Positions 14,246-26,562 are shown, counted from the first letter of the stretch. The stretch is DNA of 64,000 nt from Gammaproteobacteria bacterium (GCA_965277715.1 OZ255836.1:3136001-3200000); one strand, 5' to 3'. The notes: generated from the sequence alone by a model not told the origin. Numbers and translations: made by a program.

Positions 14246-16276
14246 GTGGAAAATATTGTAAAAAAACTCCCGGACTTTGCTGGATTTGATGCAACACGCG
14301 TCAATCTGCAACTTGACGCAATGCTTGCACAACAGCGTGAAAAACTACAAAAGCTTGAAATTGTAGTATCGCCCAATTGGGAAAATACAATGGATGTGTT
14401 ACAGACAATGGATGATGAGATGGATTATTTTTGGTCACCGGTACGCCACCTCAACGCTGTGATGAATAATCAAGCCCTTCGCACTGCCTATAATGAAGGT
14501 CTGGCAAAACTCAGTGCCTGGTATACTGACCTTGGCCAAAATGAATTGCTGTATCAAAATGTTTTAAGCATACGTGAAAGCGAGCAATTTACAGCTTTAA
14601 ACCCTGTACAACAAAAAATCATCGACAATGCACTGCGCGATTTTAAATTGAGTGGTGTCTCATTGCAGGGACAGCAAAAAGCCCGTTACAAAGCGATATC
14701 ATTGCGTCTTAGTGCGCTCAAATCGACCTTTGAGGAAAACCTGCTCGACTGCAGTAATGCCTGGAAAAAACCAGTTATGCAGATTGATGAGTTGGCTGGG
14801 TTACCCGATAGCGCGTTAAGAATGGCAGAGCAATACGCACGCGATAACGAACAGGATGAAGGCTGGATGCTGGGCCTGGAATTCCCACTTTACTACGCGG
14901 TATTAAGTTATGCAGATGATCGTGCACTGCGTAAAACGCTATATACCGCCTACAATACGAGTGCATCAGATCAGGGACCGCACGATAAAAAATGGCAAAA
15001 TGATGCAATCATCGAAGAAATCCTCGCTTTACGTCACGAAAAAGCACAAATTCTCGATTTTGATCACTATCCGCGATTATCGACAGAGACCAAAATGGTG
15101 GATGGTCCAGAGGCAGTGATTAACTTCTTAGAGCAGTTGCTTGAAAAATCTAAACCACAGGCGGAGCAGGAGTTTTCACAGCTATGTGCTTTTGCCCGCG
15201 AACTGGATGGCCTGCCAACCCTTGAAGCCTGGGATATTGCCTATTACAGCGAAAAACAAAAGCAGGCCCTATACGCCTTTTCCGATGAAGACCTGAAGCC
15301 CTATTTTTCTGCTGAACAAGTGATTTTGGGTATGTTTGAGGTAGTCAAACGTTTATACGGTATCAATATCACGGTTATTGACGGTGTATCTGTATGGCAC
15401 CCGGATGTGCGTTATTTTGAAATTACAGATAGTGATGGTCAGTTGCGTGGTGGTTTTTACCTGGATATGTACGCCCGTGCTAAAAAGCGCGGCGGTGCCT
15501 GGATGGATGAATGCGTCACTCGCTGCAAAACAACACTATACCTGCAAATACCCATAGCCTATCTAACGTGTAACCTCAGCCCACCGGTCGGTGGTTTACC
15601 TTCACTGCTGACTCACGATGAAGTGATTACACTATTTCACGAATTTGGCCATGGTCTGCACCATATGCTAACGCTCGTCGACTATCCCGCTGTGGCGGGG
15701 ATTAACGGTGTGGAGTGGGATGCAGTTGAACTACCCAGCCAGTTTATGGAAAATTGGTGTTGGCAGCGTGAATCACTGGATATAATCAGCGCGCATTACC
15801 AAACAGGGGAGAAAATTCCCGATGTATTATTAGCGCGTGCGCAACGCGCAAAAAACTACCAATCGGCGATGCAAATGGTCAGGCAAATTGAGTTATCACT
15901 ATTTGATATACGCGTGCACTTAAGTGCAGCAGACGCTGAAAAGCGCTCAGTGCAGGCCGTGCTGGATGAAGTGAGAGCAGAAGTTGCGGTGGTTGTACCC
16001 CCTGCATTCAACCGCTTTCAAAATAGCTTTTCGCATATTTTTGCAGGGGGATATGCGGCGGGTTATTTTAGCTATAAATGGGCTGAAGTGTTATCGGCAG
16101 ATGCATTTTCGCGCTTTGAAGAAGAAGGTATTTTTAACCGGAAAACCGGGGGCGATTTTATGCGCACAGTATTGCAACAAGGGGGAATAAAACCCGCTGG
16201 GGAGCTGTTTGCTGAGTTTCGTGGGCGACCACCGGAAATCGATGCGCTACTGCGTCATTCAGGGTTGGCGGCATGA
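14246..16276 (+). CDS. prlC: oligopeptidase A (M3 family)
   Basis: HEFGHGLHH, WDAVELPSQFMENW, FSHIFAGGYAAGYFSYKWAE. Confidence 0.95.
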   Translation: MENIVKKLPDFAGFDATRVNLQLDAMLAQQREKLQKLEIVVSPNWENTMDVLQTMDDEMDYFWSPVRHLNAVMNNQALRTAYNEGLAKLSAWYTDLGQNELLYQNVLSIRESEQFTALNPVQQKIIDNALRDFKLSGVSLQGQQKARYKAISLRLSALKSTFEENLLDCSNAWKKPVMQIDELAGLPDSALRMAEQYARDNEQDEGWMLGLEFPLYYAVLSYADDRALRKTLYTAYNTSASDQGPHDKKWQNDAIIEEILALRHEKAQILDFDHYPRLSTETKMVDGPEAVINFLEQLLEKSKPQAEQEFSQLCAFARELDGLPTLEAWDIAYYSEKQKQALYAFSDEDLKPYFSAEQVILGMFEVVKRLYGINITVIDGVSVWHPDVRYFEITDSDGQLRGGFYLDMYARAKKRGGAWMDECVTRCKTTLYLQIPIAYLTCNLSPPVGGLPSLLTHDEVITLFHEFGHGLHHMLTLVDYPAVAGINGVEWDAVELPSQFMENWCWQRESLDIISAHYQTGEKIPDVLLARAQRAKNYQSAMQMVRQIELSLFDIRVHLSAADAEKRSVQAVLDEVRAEVAVVVPPAFNRFQNSFSHIFAGGYAAGYFSYKWAEVLSADAFSRFEEEGIFNRKTGGDFMRTVLQQGGIKPAGELFAEFRGRPPEIDALLRHSGLAA

Positions 16277-17049
16277 CAGCCCGCTACCTAATATTACTTG
16301 GTGTATTGTTGCTATCGTCGACGGTGTACGCAGATGTAAGGTATGTAGATGATACCCTGTATCTCGGTTTTTACGACAATCAAAGCGGTAGCGGCAAGCA
16401 ATTTTCCTCGGTGCCCAGTGGCACTGTACTGGAGTTACTGCAATCGGGATCGGATTACTCGCTGGTGCGCACAGAAAGAGGCACGGAAGGGTGGGTGAAA
16501 ACCAAATACCTGGTCAGTGAGCCGCCTGCCTCGGTGCGTATCAAAACCCTGGAACAAGTGGCTGAACGCGCCGATGCACTGACAGGCGAAGTGGAAACGC
16601 TGACTCAGGAGAATGTCAGTTTGCGTGAGCAACTTGAATCCCTGGCAGAGCAGTTAAGTGTTGAACAAAGCGAAGCTGAAAAGAAAAATACAGCGACAAA
16701 ACTGCAGAACAGTGTCGATCAGCGAGAGCTTGATGCGTTGAAAACCGCCGTTAATGAAGCAATGCGGGCATTAAAAAATGTGGCTGAAGAACAGACTAAA
16801 GCAGCAAACCAAGCAGCACAGGCCACTATAGCGGAATCAGAACCAGCGGCACCCGCTATAGAATCCAGCCTCACGATGGAGGAGTTAACGATGGAAATCG
16901 CCTGGCAACATATTGTGCACTATCTGCGATCAATCAATTTTCTGAACTATAGCTTAATTGCTGTGGCCGCATTTATTGGGTTTTTACTCGGTATGTTGTT
17001 CCTGGATCGGCGTATCAGGCACCAACATGGTGGCTATCGTCCTTGGTAG
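16273..17049 (+). CDS. SH3-domain protein with coiled coil and C-terminal membrane anchor (TIGR04211-like)
   Basis: signal peptide, RYVDDTLY..SGTVLELL..VRTERGTEGWV, coiled coil, terminal TM helix. Confidence 0.75.
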   Translation: MTARYLILLGVLLLSSTVYADVRYVDDTLYLGFYDNQSGSGKQFSSVPSGTVLELLQSGSDYSLVRTERGTEGWVKTKYLVSEPPASVRIKTLEQVAERADALTGEVETLTQENVSLREQLESLAEQLSVEQSEAEKKNTATKLQNSVDQRELDALKTAVNEAMRALKNVAEEQTKAANQAAQATIAESEPAAPAIESSLTMEELTMEIAWQHIVHYLRSINFLNYSLIAVAAFIGFLLGMLFLDRRIRHQHGGYRPW

Positions 17050-17080
17050 TGGGGTATCTATCCCGTAGCGACAAGCGCTG

Positions 17081-18544
17081 ATGAAATACAAAGATCTACG
17101 CGATTTTATCGCTAAGCTGGAAGCTGATGGTGAGTTGCATCGGGTCACACACTGTGTTGATCCCCACCTGGAAATGACAGAAATCTGTGACCGCACATTG
17201 CGTGCAAGTGGACCGGCACTTTTATTTGAAAACCCCAGAGGTCACAATATACCCGTACTGGGTAACCTGTTTGGCACACCGCGACGGGTCGCCATGGGAA
17301 TGGGTGAGGATAGCGTTGAATCACTGCGTGAAATTGGCAGGCTACTGGCCTTTTTAAAGGAACCCGATCCACCAAAAGGACTAAAAGAAGCCTGGAAGGC
17401 GCTACCTGTGTTTAAAAAAGTAGTGGATATGGTGCCAAAAGTGGTGAATAAAGCCGCATGTCAGCACACCGTTATCCAGGGAGACGATATCGATCTGGGT
17501 AGCTACCCCATTCAGACGTGTTGGCCAGGCGATGCCGGGCCACTGATTACCTGGGGGTTGGTTATCACCAAAGGTCCCAATAAATCCCGGCAGAATATGG
17601 GTATCTACCGACAACAGGTGATTGGCAAAAACAAAGTGATTATGCGTTGGTTGGCACACCGTGGTGGCGCACTCGACTTCCGTGATTGGCAGCAACGGCA
17701 TCCGAACAAACCTTTTCCAGTGGCGGTGGTGTTGGGCGCTGATCCCGCAACAATTCTGGCTGCGGTAACACCTGTGCCCGATAGTTTGCCAGAACACGCG
17801 TTTGCCGGTTTGCTACGCGGCGAACGCACCCGTCTGGTAAAGTGCAAAAACGCTGAACTGATGGTGCCTGCCTCGGCAGAAATTGTGCTCGAAGGGGTGC
17901 TACATCCTAATGAAACCGCACAGGAGGGGCCATTTGGTGATCACACCGGTTACTACAATGAGGTGGAAACCTTTCCGGTATTTACCGTTGAAACCATCAC
18001 CCAGCGCCAACAACCTATTTACCACTCTACCTACACGGGCAGGCCGCCCGATGAACCGGCAATTTTGGGTGTGGCTTTAAACGAAGTATTTGTGCCAATA
18101 CTGTGCAAGCAATTTCCTGAAATTATCGATTTTTACCTACCACCAGAAGGATGCTCTTACCGGGTCGCGGTGGTGAGTATGAAAAAACAATACGCCGGGC
18201 ACGCCAAGCGGGTAATGATGGGTGTGTGGTCATTTTTACGCCAGTTTATGTACACTAAGTTTATTATTGTCGTCGACGATGATATTAATCCACGCGATTG
18301 GCACGATGTAATCTGGGCCATGTCGACCCGCATGGATCCGGTGCGTGATTGTACGATGGTTGAAAACACACCAATTGACTACCTCGATTTTGCCTCGCCG
18401 GTTCCGGGGCTTGGCTCAAAAATAGGATTTGATGCCACGAATAAATTTCCGGGTGAAACGCACCGCGAATGGGGCAGGCCGATTGTGATGAGTGATGCAG
18501 TGAAAGCGCGTGTCGATAGTATGTGGGGGGAGCTGGGTATTTAA
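17081..18544 (+). CDS. ubiD: 4-hydroxy-3-polyprenylbenzoate decarboxylase UbiD
   Basis: [40 protein letters not shown]. Confidence 0.96.
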   Translation: MKYKDLRDFIAKLEADGELHRVTHCVDPHLEMTEICDRTLRASGPALLFENPRGHNIPVLGNLFGTPRRVAMGMGEDSVESLREIGRLLAFLKEPDPPKGLKEAWKALPVFKKVVDMVPKVVNKAACQHTVIQGDDIDLGSYPIQTCWPGDAGPLITWGLVITKGPNKSRQNMGIYRQQVIGKNKVIMRWLAHRGGALDFRDWQQRHPNKPFPVAVVLGADPATILAAVTPVPDSLPEHAFAGLLRGERTRLVKCKNAELMVPASAEIVLEGVLHPNETAQEGPFGDHTGYYNEVETFPVFTVETITQRQQPIYHSTYTGRPPDEPAILGVALNEVFVPILCKQFPEIIDFYLPPEGCSYRVAVVSMKKQYAGHAKRVMMGVWSFLRQFMYTKFIIVVDDDINPRDWHDVIWAMSTRMDPVRDCTMVENTPIDYLDFASPVPGLGSKIGFDATNKFPGETHREWGRPIVMSDAVKARVDSMWGELGI

Positions 18545-18726
18545 TTTTTCTGCTGTGCAGATTTGGAAAATACGGTGCAAACAAAAACCAATATTCCCGC
18601 GATCATGGTTGATCAGATGACACCGTTTACAAACCCTGCCAGGTAAAGGCAAAAGTAGTTGCACTTGCCGCCGATCCCATAAATACGTCTGTTTATCCCC
18701 TTATCATCATAAGTACCTAAACATCC

Positions 18727-19323
18727 ATGGTACAAAACGTTATGAATTTCAAAAGTCATGGATTTACCTTAGTTGAATTAATGATCACAGTCGCCTTGAG
18801 TGCGATTGTGTTGAGCTTCGCTGTACCCTCAATGTCGTATCTGATACGCAGTAATTCCGTGATTGCCGTCAATAATAACTTGGTTGGCGATATTCGATAT
18901 GCCCGCAGCGAGGCGATCAAGCGCAATGCGGCGGTAACGGTTTGCGTCGCTAACAACAACTTTAACAATTGTGTACTCGACAGTAATAACTGGAGTGGCG
19001 GCTGGGTTGTGGTGGTCGAGAGTGTGGCACGCAACGGCAATCTGGAGGCAGGAGAGACGATACTGCGTATGACGAGCGGTATCGATGATAGTATTGATGT
19101 TCGCAGCTCAAACGCCACTGGCAATAACCTCGTGGGTGGTTTGAGTTTTGGTGGAGATGGTTTTCCGGTGATTCCCGATGATGGTGCTGCGCCTGTCGGT
19201 GAATTTTTGTTATGCGTTGATAATAAAACGCTCTATTCGAGTAGGATAGAGGTCAATGCTACGGGGCGGCTACGCTCTGCTGGAAGCACCGCTGATTGCA
19301 CCAGTGGTGGGAGTGGTTCGTAA
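18727..19323 (+). CDS. fimT: type IV minor pilin FimT/FimU (GspH family)
   Basis: GFTLVELMIT prepilin motif, YARSEAIKRN, WSGGWVV. Confidence 0.85.
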   Translation: MVQNVMNFKSHGFTLVELMITVALSAIVLSFAVPSMSYLIRSNSVIAVNNNLVGDIRYARSEAIKRNAAVTVCVANNNFNNCVLDSNNWSGGWVVVVESVARNGNLEAGETILRMTSGIDDSIDVRSSNATGNNLVGGLSFGGDGFPVIPDDGAAPVGEFLLCVDNKTLYSSRIEVNATGRLRSAGSTADCTSGGSGS

Positions 19324-19781
19324 TGGCTTGTTCGACTGTAAATGCCGCCTTCGCCAGCCGTGGTGTAACGCTTATTGAAGTTATGGTAACGCTGTTTATC
19401 GTCTCTATCGGCTTGTTGGGTGTGGCCGGCTTGCAGTCCACCAGCATCGCCTCCGGCTACACCGCCACGCAACGCTCACTGGTAAATTTTCATGCTGCCG
19501 ATCTCGCCGAGCGTATGCGCGCCAACCGTGACGCGATCATAAGTTATGGTGGCGCCGGTGCCGACAATGACTGCACCGCATCTTGTACCGCCGCGCAAAT
19601 GGCGGCGCTGGATGTTTATGAGTGGCGCGAGGCGCTACGTGCATCACTGGGCGTGAGTGTTACGGGTACTACGATAGTGGTGAATAATGCCGAAACGCCC
19701 GCCGATGTGACTATTACGATAAATTGGCAGGATCGCAAGGAAGACAATACTCAAACACTAACACTCAATTTGCAAATCTAA
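19323..19781 (+). CDS. pilV: type IV pilus modification protein PilV
   Basis: GVTLIEVMV, GLLGVAGLQ, DLAERMRAN; ATG overlaps the fimT stop. Confidence 0.9.
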   Translation: MACSTVNAAFASRGVTLIEVMVTLFIVSIGLLGVAGLQSTSIASGYTATQRSLVNFHAADLAERMRANRDAIISYGGAGADNDCTASCTAAQMAALDVYEWREALRASLGVSVTGTTIVVNNAETPADVTITINWQDRKEDNTQTLTLNLQI

Positions 19782-19784
19782 CGT

Positions 19785-20807
19785 ATGTTTTCACCACTAC
19801 TAACCGTACCCAAATACCCTCGATTGCGTGCGGCTTCTTTGCAGGCTAACAACCAGGCTGGCATCAGTTTGATTGAAATTATGATCTCGTTGGTTATCGG
19901 CCTGATCGTTATCGGTGGGATATTCACGTTGCTTACCAGTAGTCGGATTTCCTATAGCGTCAACCAGGATCAAGCGTATATGTTGGATGCTGGTCGTTTT
20001 GCCTTACATGTTTTAAATCGTGATTTGCGTCAGGCCGGTGGTTATGGTCGATCCAGTTCGGGTAAGGACATCACTGGCGTGTTGCCTGCCGTCACCGGCG
20101 ACTGCGCTGTAGATTTTTACGCCGACTTCGACCACCCCGTTTTTGGCTTTGACCAGGAAACGCCGTTCGGTAGCACTTGTATAAGCGCGGATAACCATCG
20201 GGACAATACTGACATACTGGTTGTCCGCTACGCCAACCCGTCGGCGGTAGCGGATGATGCCACGCTTGCAAATACTATCTATGTTCAAGGTTATCTGAGT
20301 CAGCTCCAGATTTTCGTTGGTGGCAATCCAAGTGCAGTTCCGACTATTCACCCAAATAATAACTTCCCCTTGAGGGCGCACGTCTACTACGTGCACAACG
20401 ATACCGAACCGGGTGATGGTATACCCTCGCTGCGGCGCATCGCCCTGACCACAGGCAGTGGTGGCGCGGCGAAGATGATCGATGAAACGCTGGCCAGTGG
20501 GATAGAGAATTTCCAGGTGCAATACGGTGTTAACAACTGCACTGGAGCCGACTGCGGTAAAGCTATCAACCGTTACGTCGATGCAGGGGAGAGTATGGCA
20601 GCGAGCACGGCGTTGTTTGATGCGCAAAATATTCAAACGGTGCGCGTGTGGGTTTTGGCGCGCTCCGAGGGTAGGTTGTCGGGTGTGGATACCAGTGGCA
20701 CGTATAGCATGGGGGGCAACGATATAGTAATAGCCAATGATGGTTTTCGTCGGCAGCTTTTTTCCGGAGTTTTTTTACTGCGCAACCTGAGTGCTAGTGG
20801 GGGGTAA
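19785..20807 (+). CDS. pilW: type IV pilus assembly protein PilW
   Basis: GISLIEIMISL, GRFAL..DLRQAG, GIENFQVQYG, VRVWVLARS. Confidence 0.9.
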   Translation: MFSPLLTVPKYPRLRAASLQANNQAGISLIEIMISLVIGLIVIGGIFTLLTSSRISYSVNQDQAYMLDAGRFALHVLNRDLRQAGGYGRSSSGKDITGVLPAVTGDCAVDFYADFDHPVFGFDQETPFGSTCISADNHRDNTDILVVRYANPSAVADDATLANTIYVQGYLSQLQIFVGGNPSAVPTIHPNNNFPLRAHVYYVHNDTEPGDGIPSLRRIALTTGSGGAAKMIDETLASGIENFQVQYGVNNCTGADCGKAINRYVDAGESMAASTALFDAQNIQTVRVWVLARSEGRLSGVDTSGTYSMGGNDIVIANDGFRRQLFSGVFLLRNLSASGG

Positions 20808-20815
20808 TCGACGCT

Positions 20816-21373
20816 ATGTCTTGCATAACAACATATAATCTGGATTCCAGGGCCAGGCGGCAAGAGGGCGTAGCCCTGGTTGTGGCGATGGTCGTATTGC
20901 TGGTGATGACGCTGCTCGGGGTCTCTGCAGTCAATGTAACCTCGCTGGAGCTGCGTGTCGTCGGCAATACACAAAACCGTAATATCGTCGCACAAACCGC
21001 CGATTCGGTTATCGACCAAATACTCTTCACCACCGACAACAATGAAGATAGAGCCAATTTGGCCGCCAATTATGATGTTGCTAGCCTTGATAATGGTACG
21101 CAAAAATCACAGCTAAGAATCAATCAGTCGAATAATGGCAACCTCGTCAAAACAACATCCATGGTGCTGTATGTTGATGGCACCGAAATGTATAACGAAC
21201 CCTCAGCGCCAAAACCTATTGATTGCCCCGGCTCGTCGCTGAGTTTTTCCTGCATCGGGTATGAAATACGTATGACTGTCACTCATGAGAAATCCAACGC
21301 TTCGGCGACCTATGTGCAAGGGTTGGTGAAAACCGGCCCTAAGCTTGAGAAGGGTAGAATTCTCCAAGAGTAG
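20816..21373 (+). CDS. pilX: type IV pilus assembly protein PilX
   Basis: QEGVALVVAMVVLLVMTLLG (no E5), ELRVVGN. Confidence 0.85.
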   Translation: MSCITTYNLDSRARRQEGVALVVAMVVLLVMTLLGVSAVNVTSLELRVVGNTQNRNIVAQTADSVIDQILFTTDNNEDRANLAANYDVASLDNGTQKSQLRINQSNNGNLVKTTSMVLYVDGTEMYNEPSAPKPIDCPGSSLSFSCIGYEIRMTVTHEKSNASATYVQGLVKTGPKLEKGRILQE

Positions 21374-21404
21374 TCTTTTGAGTTATATGGTGGGTCTTAA
21401 TATT

Positions 21405-24362
21405 ATGTTGAATATTTCTGTGTATAACGAATGCTCTAAGGGTATCCTTAAAAATGCGCTTAAACTAAGGATGATACTAACCGGTGCGCTGTGCGGAATT
21501 TTGGCAAGTACGTCGGCGCTTGCCGAAGATATCGAAATTTACCTGCCCGAGGTGAAGCCCAATTTGCTGTTGGTGCTGGATAATTCTCTGGCCAGTCAGG
21601 GTACGAATCTACTGGAGCGCTTTGCTAATCTCAATGTAGGCTTGAGCTTTATTCAGGGTACAGGCATTGCGCAAAATAGCGTCGATATTGATGCCGCTGG
21701 TGGCCGACCACTGTTACTCAGTAAAATAGGCAATGTCCCTAGTGATAGCGGTCACCCGCTGGATGCGGCATTGCTCGCCGCACACACATACCTTAATGGT
21801 GATGGCGAACCAACACATACCTGCCAGCAAACACAAGTAGTGTTGGTTAGCGATGCATTACCTTCTGGTTCTGGTGAGCAACTGTCATCGTTTGGGCCAG
21901 CCGGATCGGAGACAAGCTGTAGCGACAACGGTTGTCTGGACGAAATTGCTGCTGCAATGCCAAGCGGGGTACACGTTGCCACCATTGGCTTTGGTGTCGA
22001 CCTTTCGTCACTTGATGATGCAGGGGAAGGTGGTAGCCGATATTTTCAGGTCAGTGATACCGATGGCCTGATTGCCAGGATTTCCCAATTACTCGAAGCC
22101 AATAACAGCTCCGTCGCCAACAATAATGTGAGTGGGTTTACCAGTGCGGCGGTATCGAATAATTCGCTCAACGCGGCCAGAGATAGAAATTTTATTTATT
22201 TTGGTCAGTTTATCCCTGCTATTACGCCTCGTTGGGAGGGGAATATAAAAAAGTATAGAGTGGCATTCAATAACGGTGAACCGATTATCAGTGGTGACAC
22301 TGAACCACCGACAAACATAGTCAGCAGTACCGGGCAATTTATTGACAGCGCGAAGAGTTATTGGGGAGCTTCTGGTCGTCCTGCGGATGGCAATAACATA
22401 TTGATGGGTGGTGCACGCGCATTGCTTGACGCAGAGAGGCGTGATTCTGGTCGTATGAGCACAGATGTCGCTACATTCCCTGGTACGGAGGTTATACGGG
22501 ATATCCGTGTGCCAAATATCTCGGAGAATAATATTTTTGATGTAGGAAATAATCAGATAACGTCAAGTTATTTTGGTCTCCCAAGTGAGGCAACGGGCAC
22601 CGACCCAAGCGATGTTCCGGAACGAAATCAGTTGATACGCTGGGTGCTCGGTTTTGATGAATTTGATGAAGACAGCGATCCCGCTACAACAGAGCGTCGC
22701 TCTTATAGCGACGCGCTGCATTCACAACCAGTAGTAGTGAGCGTTGATACAAGTGATATAGAGACGCAGAACGATATTCGGCAGATGTTATTATTCACCA
22801 CCACTGACGGTTATTTCCATATACTCAGAGAGAGCAACGGAAAGGAACACTTCGCTTATATACCGGAGGAAGTGCTCGGCATACAAAAAATATTGGCTGA
22901 TAACCACCCTTACACCCGGCGACCGTATGGTCTGGACGGATCAATTACCCCCTTGATTGAGGAGAGGATTCAAGAATCGGGGGCCACTGTAGGCGATATA
23001 GGGGTAATAAATAGTCAGGCTGAGCGCTTCGAGGTATATTTTGGTATGCGGCGAGGTGGTAGGAACTACTACGCTCTTGATCTGTCTTTTGAGAGTGACA
23101 ATATAGTGGAAGGTGAGGATGCCGAAAATGTCTGGTTGCCCTGGAAAATTGTGGAGGGGAATGTTGTGGCTGGGATTCGCGTTGATGGATTCGGCAGGGG
23201 CGCGGAACCTGCGCCCATTACGACGCAACCATACGCTGAACTAGGACAAACCTGGTCGCAGCCCAGCGTGGCGGTAGTCAATATTTCTGGTGAGCGGAAG
23301 GTGCTTATAGTCGTCGGTGGTGGCTACGATCCAGATCAGGATGACGCCACCGCTCGTCAGGTCGATGACAGTGGCCGTGCTATTTACTTTATTAATGTCA
23401 ACACCGGTGTGCGGGAATGGTGGGCGGGTCATCCGGACTCGGCGCATGGCACCAGTAGCGGCCCGAATTTGCCGCTCGAAAATATGCAGTACAGTATTCC
23501 CTCGCAGGTAGCGGTTTATGATATTGATGGTGATGGCTTTTCAGATCGGCTGTACGTTGGCGATATGGGTGGTCAGCTTTGGCGCTTCGATATCAACAAT
23601 GGCAACCCGGCTGACACCCTGGTAACCGGTGGTGTCATTGCCTCACTGGCGGGCAGTTCAGCGACCGATGCCCGGCGCTTTTACTACCCACCGGATGTCG
23701 CACGGGTGGCTCGTCCCTCGGGTTCCTTTCTCGCCGTTACCATCGGTTCTGGTTACCGCGCCCATCCCCTGGATAAGACGATTCAGGATCGGATTTATAT
23801 GATACGGGACCCAGATGTCTTCAGTGCTCCGGCCAACTATACGGCGCTAACCGAGTCTGATTTATTCGACGCGACCGCCAATACAGTTGGTCAGGGCAGT
23901 GACCAGTCGGCACAGTTGGCGCTGCTGGAGGCGGCTGGAGGCTGGTATATCAAGCTTGATGCGGGTGAAAAAATGCTATCCTCACCACTGATTTTGGGTG
24001 GTGCGGTCATTGCGACAACTTTTCAGCCCACCACAGGCAGTGACACAGCTCCCTGTACTACACCTATCGAGAATGTGGCCTCCACCTACACCGTCGACCT
24101 AAGCAACGCTACACCTAGATTCAACTTCGACAATATCGGTTCTGAACTTGATCTCACCAAGGCTGACCGCAAGAAAAAACTGGGTGATAATATCGGTATT
24201 CCTGCTGCACCGGCGTATCTTATAACAACGCTTGCCTCAGGCAGTACCTCGGCGACTGATGGGACTGCGCATTCCGCCGCCGCATTGCTCCTCGGCAATC
24301 AGACAGGCCAAGACCCAACCGAAAACCGGCCGATAAAAACGTATTGGTACGAAGATAATTGA
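21405..24362 (+). CDS. pilY1: type IV pilus adhesin PilY1/PilC
   Basis: [61 protein letters not shown] Ca-loop; start uncertain (21387/21405/21471). Confidence 0.9.
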   Translation: MLNISVYNECSKGILKNALKLRMILTGALCGILASTSALAEDIEIYLPEVKPNLLLVLDNSLASQGTNLLERFANLNVGLSFIQGTGIAQNSVDIDAAGGRPLLLSKIGNVPSDSGHPLDAALLAAHTYLNGDGEPTHTCQQTQVVLVSDALPSGSGEQLSSFGPAGSETSCSDNGCLDEIAAAMPSGVHVATIGFGVDLSSLDDAGEGGSRYFQVSDTDGLIARISQLLEANNSSVANNNVSGFTSAAVSNNSLNAARDRNFIYFGQFIPAITPRWEGNIKKYRVAFNNGEPIISGDTEPPTNIVSSTGQFIDSAKSYWGASGRPADGNNILMGGARALLDAERRDSGRMSTDVATFPGTEVIRDIRVPNISENNIFDVGNNQITSSYFGLPSEATGTDPSDVPERNQLIRWVLGFDEFDEDSDPATTERRSYSDALHSQPVVVSVDTSDIETQNDIRQMLLFTTTDGYFHILRESNGKEHFAYIPEEVLGIQKILADNHPYTRRPYGLDGSITPLIEERIQESGATVGDIGVINSQAERFEVYFGMRRGGRNYYALDLSFESDNIVEGEDAENVWLPWKIVEGNVVAGIRVDGFGRGAEPAPITTQPYAELGQTWSQPSVAVVNISGERKVLIVVGGGYDPDQDDATARQVDDSGRAIYFINVNTGVREWWAGHPDSAHGTSSGPNLPLENMQYSIPSQVAVYDIDGDGFSDRLYVGDMGGQLWRFDINNGNPADTLVTGGVIASLAGSSATDARRFYYPPDVARVARPSGSFLAVTIGSGYRAHPLDKTIQDRIYMIRDPDVFSAPANYTALTESDLFDATANTVGQGSDQSAQLALLEAAGGWYIKLDAGEKMLSSPLILGGAVIATTFQPTTGSDTAPCTTPIENVASTYTVDLSNATPRFNFDNIGSELDLTKADRKKKLGDNIGIPAAPAYLITTLASGSTSATDGTAHSAAALLLGNQTGQDPTENRPIKTYWYEDN

Positions 24363-24372
24363 GCGAGTAAAA

Positions 24373-24828
24373 ATGATTAAGCAGACGGTAAAACCGACAA
24401 TAAATAGAAATACCTGTGGCTTTAGCTTAATTGAATTGATGATTGTAGTCGCAATTATCGGAATATTGGCGGCTATCGTTTACCCTTCTTATTCATCGTA
24501 TGTTCAACGGGCCAGCCGCGAAGAAGCCTGGACTAATCTGCTTAAAATAGTCGACAGGCAAGAACGTTATTTTTTGCAGAACAATAATTACGCAAATACG
24601 ACGCAGCTAGCGTACGTTGCGACAGAAGGCACGCCCAACTATAGCTATAGTATTGAAGACCTTGTTACTGACGCTGGATCGAGCGGCGCCTTTACCGCAG
24701 TTGCTACAGTGATAACAGGTAGCCCCCAAGCAGGTGATGCTGACTGCCAGTATATATCCATTGATAGCAATGGTGTGCAAATGGGTGGGACAGGCGCTGA
24801 TACAGCCGTTCGAGACAACTGTTGGTAA
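24373..24828 (+). CDS. pilE: type IV minor pilin PilE
   Basis: [30 protein letters not shown], terminal C...CW. Confidence 0.9.
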   Translation: MIKQTVKPTINRNTCGFSLIELMIVVAIIGILAAIVYPSYSSYVQRASREEAWTNLLKIVDRQERYFLQNNNYANTTQLAYVATEGTPNYSYSIEDLVTDAGSSGAFTAVATVITGSPQAGDADCQYISIDSNGVQMGGTGADTAVRDNCW

Positions 24829-25677
24829 ATGAAGCTACTCCGTTACGGTGAAAAAGGTAATGAGAAGCCTGGTTTACTTGATGCCAATGGCACTATCCGC
24901 GATTTATCTGCACATATCGATGATATTGATGGTACAACGCTTGGCCTGGAGTCGATAGCACGTATCAAGGGTTTGGACAGTAATAGCCTGCCTATTGTCG
25001 AAGGCTCACCGCGTATCGGAGCCTGTATTGCCAAACCGGGAAAGTTTCTGGGTATTGGTCTCAACTTTTCCGACCACGCGCAGGAAATTAAGGCCCCGGT
25101 TCCGGATGAACCCATTCTTTTCTACAAGGCCGATACCAGCATCTCCGGGGCGTATGATGATGTTATTCACCCCAAAGGCGCGACCAGGCTGGACTGGGAA
25201 GTTGAAATAGCCCTGGTTGTTGGCAGCATCGCCCGCTATGTGGAAGAAGCGCGGGCCGCCGACTATATTGCCGGTTATTGTATCGTCAATGATGTATCGG
25301 AGCGCGCTTTTCAAATTCAACGCGGCGGTGGCCAGTGGGGTAAGGGGAAAGGTTTTGATTCGTTCGGCCCAACCGGGCCGTGGTTAGTAACCCCGGATGA
25401 AATCGACAATGTGCAAAACCTGGGCATGTGGCTGGATGTCAATGGCGAGCGGATGCAAACGGGCAATACCAATACCATGATTTTTAGTTGTCAGTTTTTG
25501 TTGAGCTACCTAAGCCATTACATGACGCTGATGCCGGGCGATATTATCACTACAGGTACACCCCCAGGTGTTGCGCTGGGCCGCCGCCCCCACCCCTGGT
25601 TGCAACCCGGCGATGTAATGACACTGGGTATTGATGGTCTGGGGCAGCAAAGACAAAGCGTCGTCGCTTTCGAATAA
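24829..25677 (+). CDS. fumarylacetoacetate hydrolase family protein
   Basis: MKLLRYG..EKPG, GIGLNF, DWEVE, NDVSER, GKGFD, TGTPPGV. Confidence 0.9.
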   Translation: MKLLRYGEKGNEKPGLLDANGTIRDLSAHIDDIDGTTLGLESIARIKGLDSNSLPIVEGSPRIGACIAKPGKFLGIGLNFSDHAQEIKAPVPDEPILFYKADTSISGAYDDVIHPKGATRLDWEVEIALVVGSIARYVEEARAADYIAGYCIVNDVSERAFQIQRGGGQWGKGKGFDSFGPTGPWLVTPDEIDNVQNLGMWLDVNGERMQTGNTNTMIFSCQFLLSYLSHYMTLMPGDIITTGTPPGVALGRRPHPWLQPGDVMTLGIDGLGQQRQSVVAFE

Positions 25678-25894
25678 GTGCTTCAGCCTAATAATCCGTC
25701 GGGTCAATATAAAATAAAATTTTTATTACAAAACCTACGGCTGTTTCAATAGTTTCCCATTGCGTTAACGATAGTCATTTGCGAGCATTGCGCCCCCTGG
25801 CTTACCACCTCGGGCTGCTCTTTTATGGGTGTCCTGTGGCTGGTTACGCGCCAGCCTTTGTAACCCTAAATTTAAGGGTAACCGGAACCAAGCC

Positions 25895-26536
25895 ATGGCA
25901 TATGACTACCTACGCAACCCCCAGGCAATCGAAGACCGCTCGTTTGAGATGATTCGTGCCTGCACCGATTTACGTGGTTTCGATCCACAGCAGGCACAGG
26001 TGGCCATGCGCGTGGTGCACACCTGTGGCCTGCCCGATGTCACGCAACACCTGCGCTTTACCGGTAATGCGGTGCCCGCCGGGTGCGCTGCGCTGGCGGC
26101 GGGCAATGTGGTGTTATGTGATGTCGAGATGATTGTGCGTGGTATTAGCCAGCGCTTTATCGACAACCCGGTGCAGTGTTATTTGAATGCCGATGATATA
26201 GCACAAAAAGTCACCCACAGCGGTCAAACGCGCAGCATGGCCGCGTTAGACTACTGGCAGAGCCAGTTGGGTGGTGCAATTGCTGTGATTGGCAATGCAC
26301 CAACGGCGCTGTTTCGCCTCCTGGAAATACTGCATGCGGGTGCGGCAAAGCCCGCCCTGGTGGTGGCCGTACCGGTCGGGTTTGTCGGTGCGGCGGAGTC
26401 CAAACAGGCACTGTGGGAGACGTGCGAAACCTTGGGACTGGAAGCCATTACACTGCTCGGCAGGCAGGGTGGCAGCGCGATTGCCAGCGCGGTGATTAAT
26501 GCGCTGGGGCGTATGAATAAGGGCGTATTCTTTTAA
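25895..26536 (+). CDS. cobH: precorrin-8X methylmutase CobH/CbiC
   Basis: YLRNPQAIEDRSF, TRSMAA, IGNAPTALF, PVGFVGAAESK. Confidence 0.93.
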   Translation: MAYDYLRNPQAIEDRSFEMIRACTDLRGFDPQQAQVAMRVVHTCGLPDVTQHLRFTGNAVPAGCAALAAGNVVLCDVEMIVRGISQRFIDNPVQCYLNADDIAQKVTHSGQTRSMAALDYWQSQLGGAIAVIGNAPTALFRLLEILHAGAAKPALVVAVPVGFVGAAESKQALWETCETLGLEAITLLGRQGGSAIASAVINALGRMNKGVFF

Positions 26537-26562
26537 GCTGACCACCGCCGCCCCAAATCTTA

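Noticed and set aside
25678-25894. Cobalamin riboswitch upstream of cobH
   Set aside because: No recognisable B12-box or conserved core.
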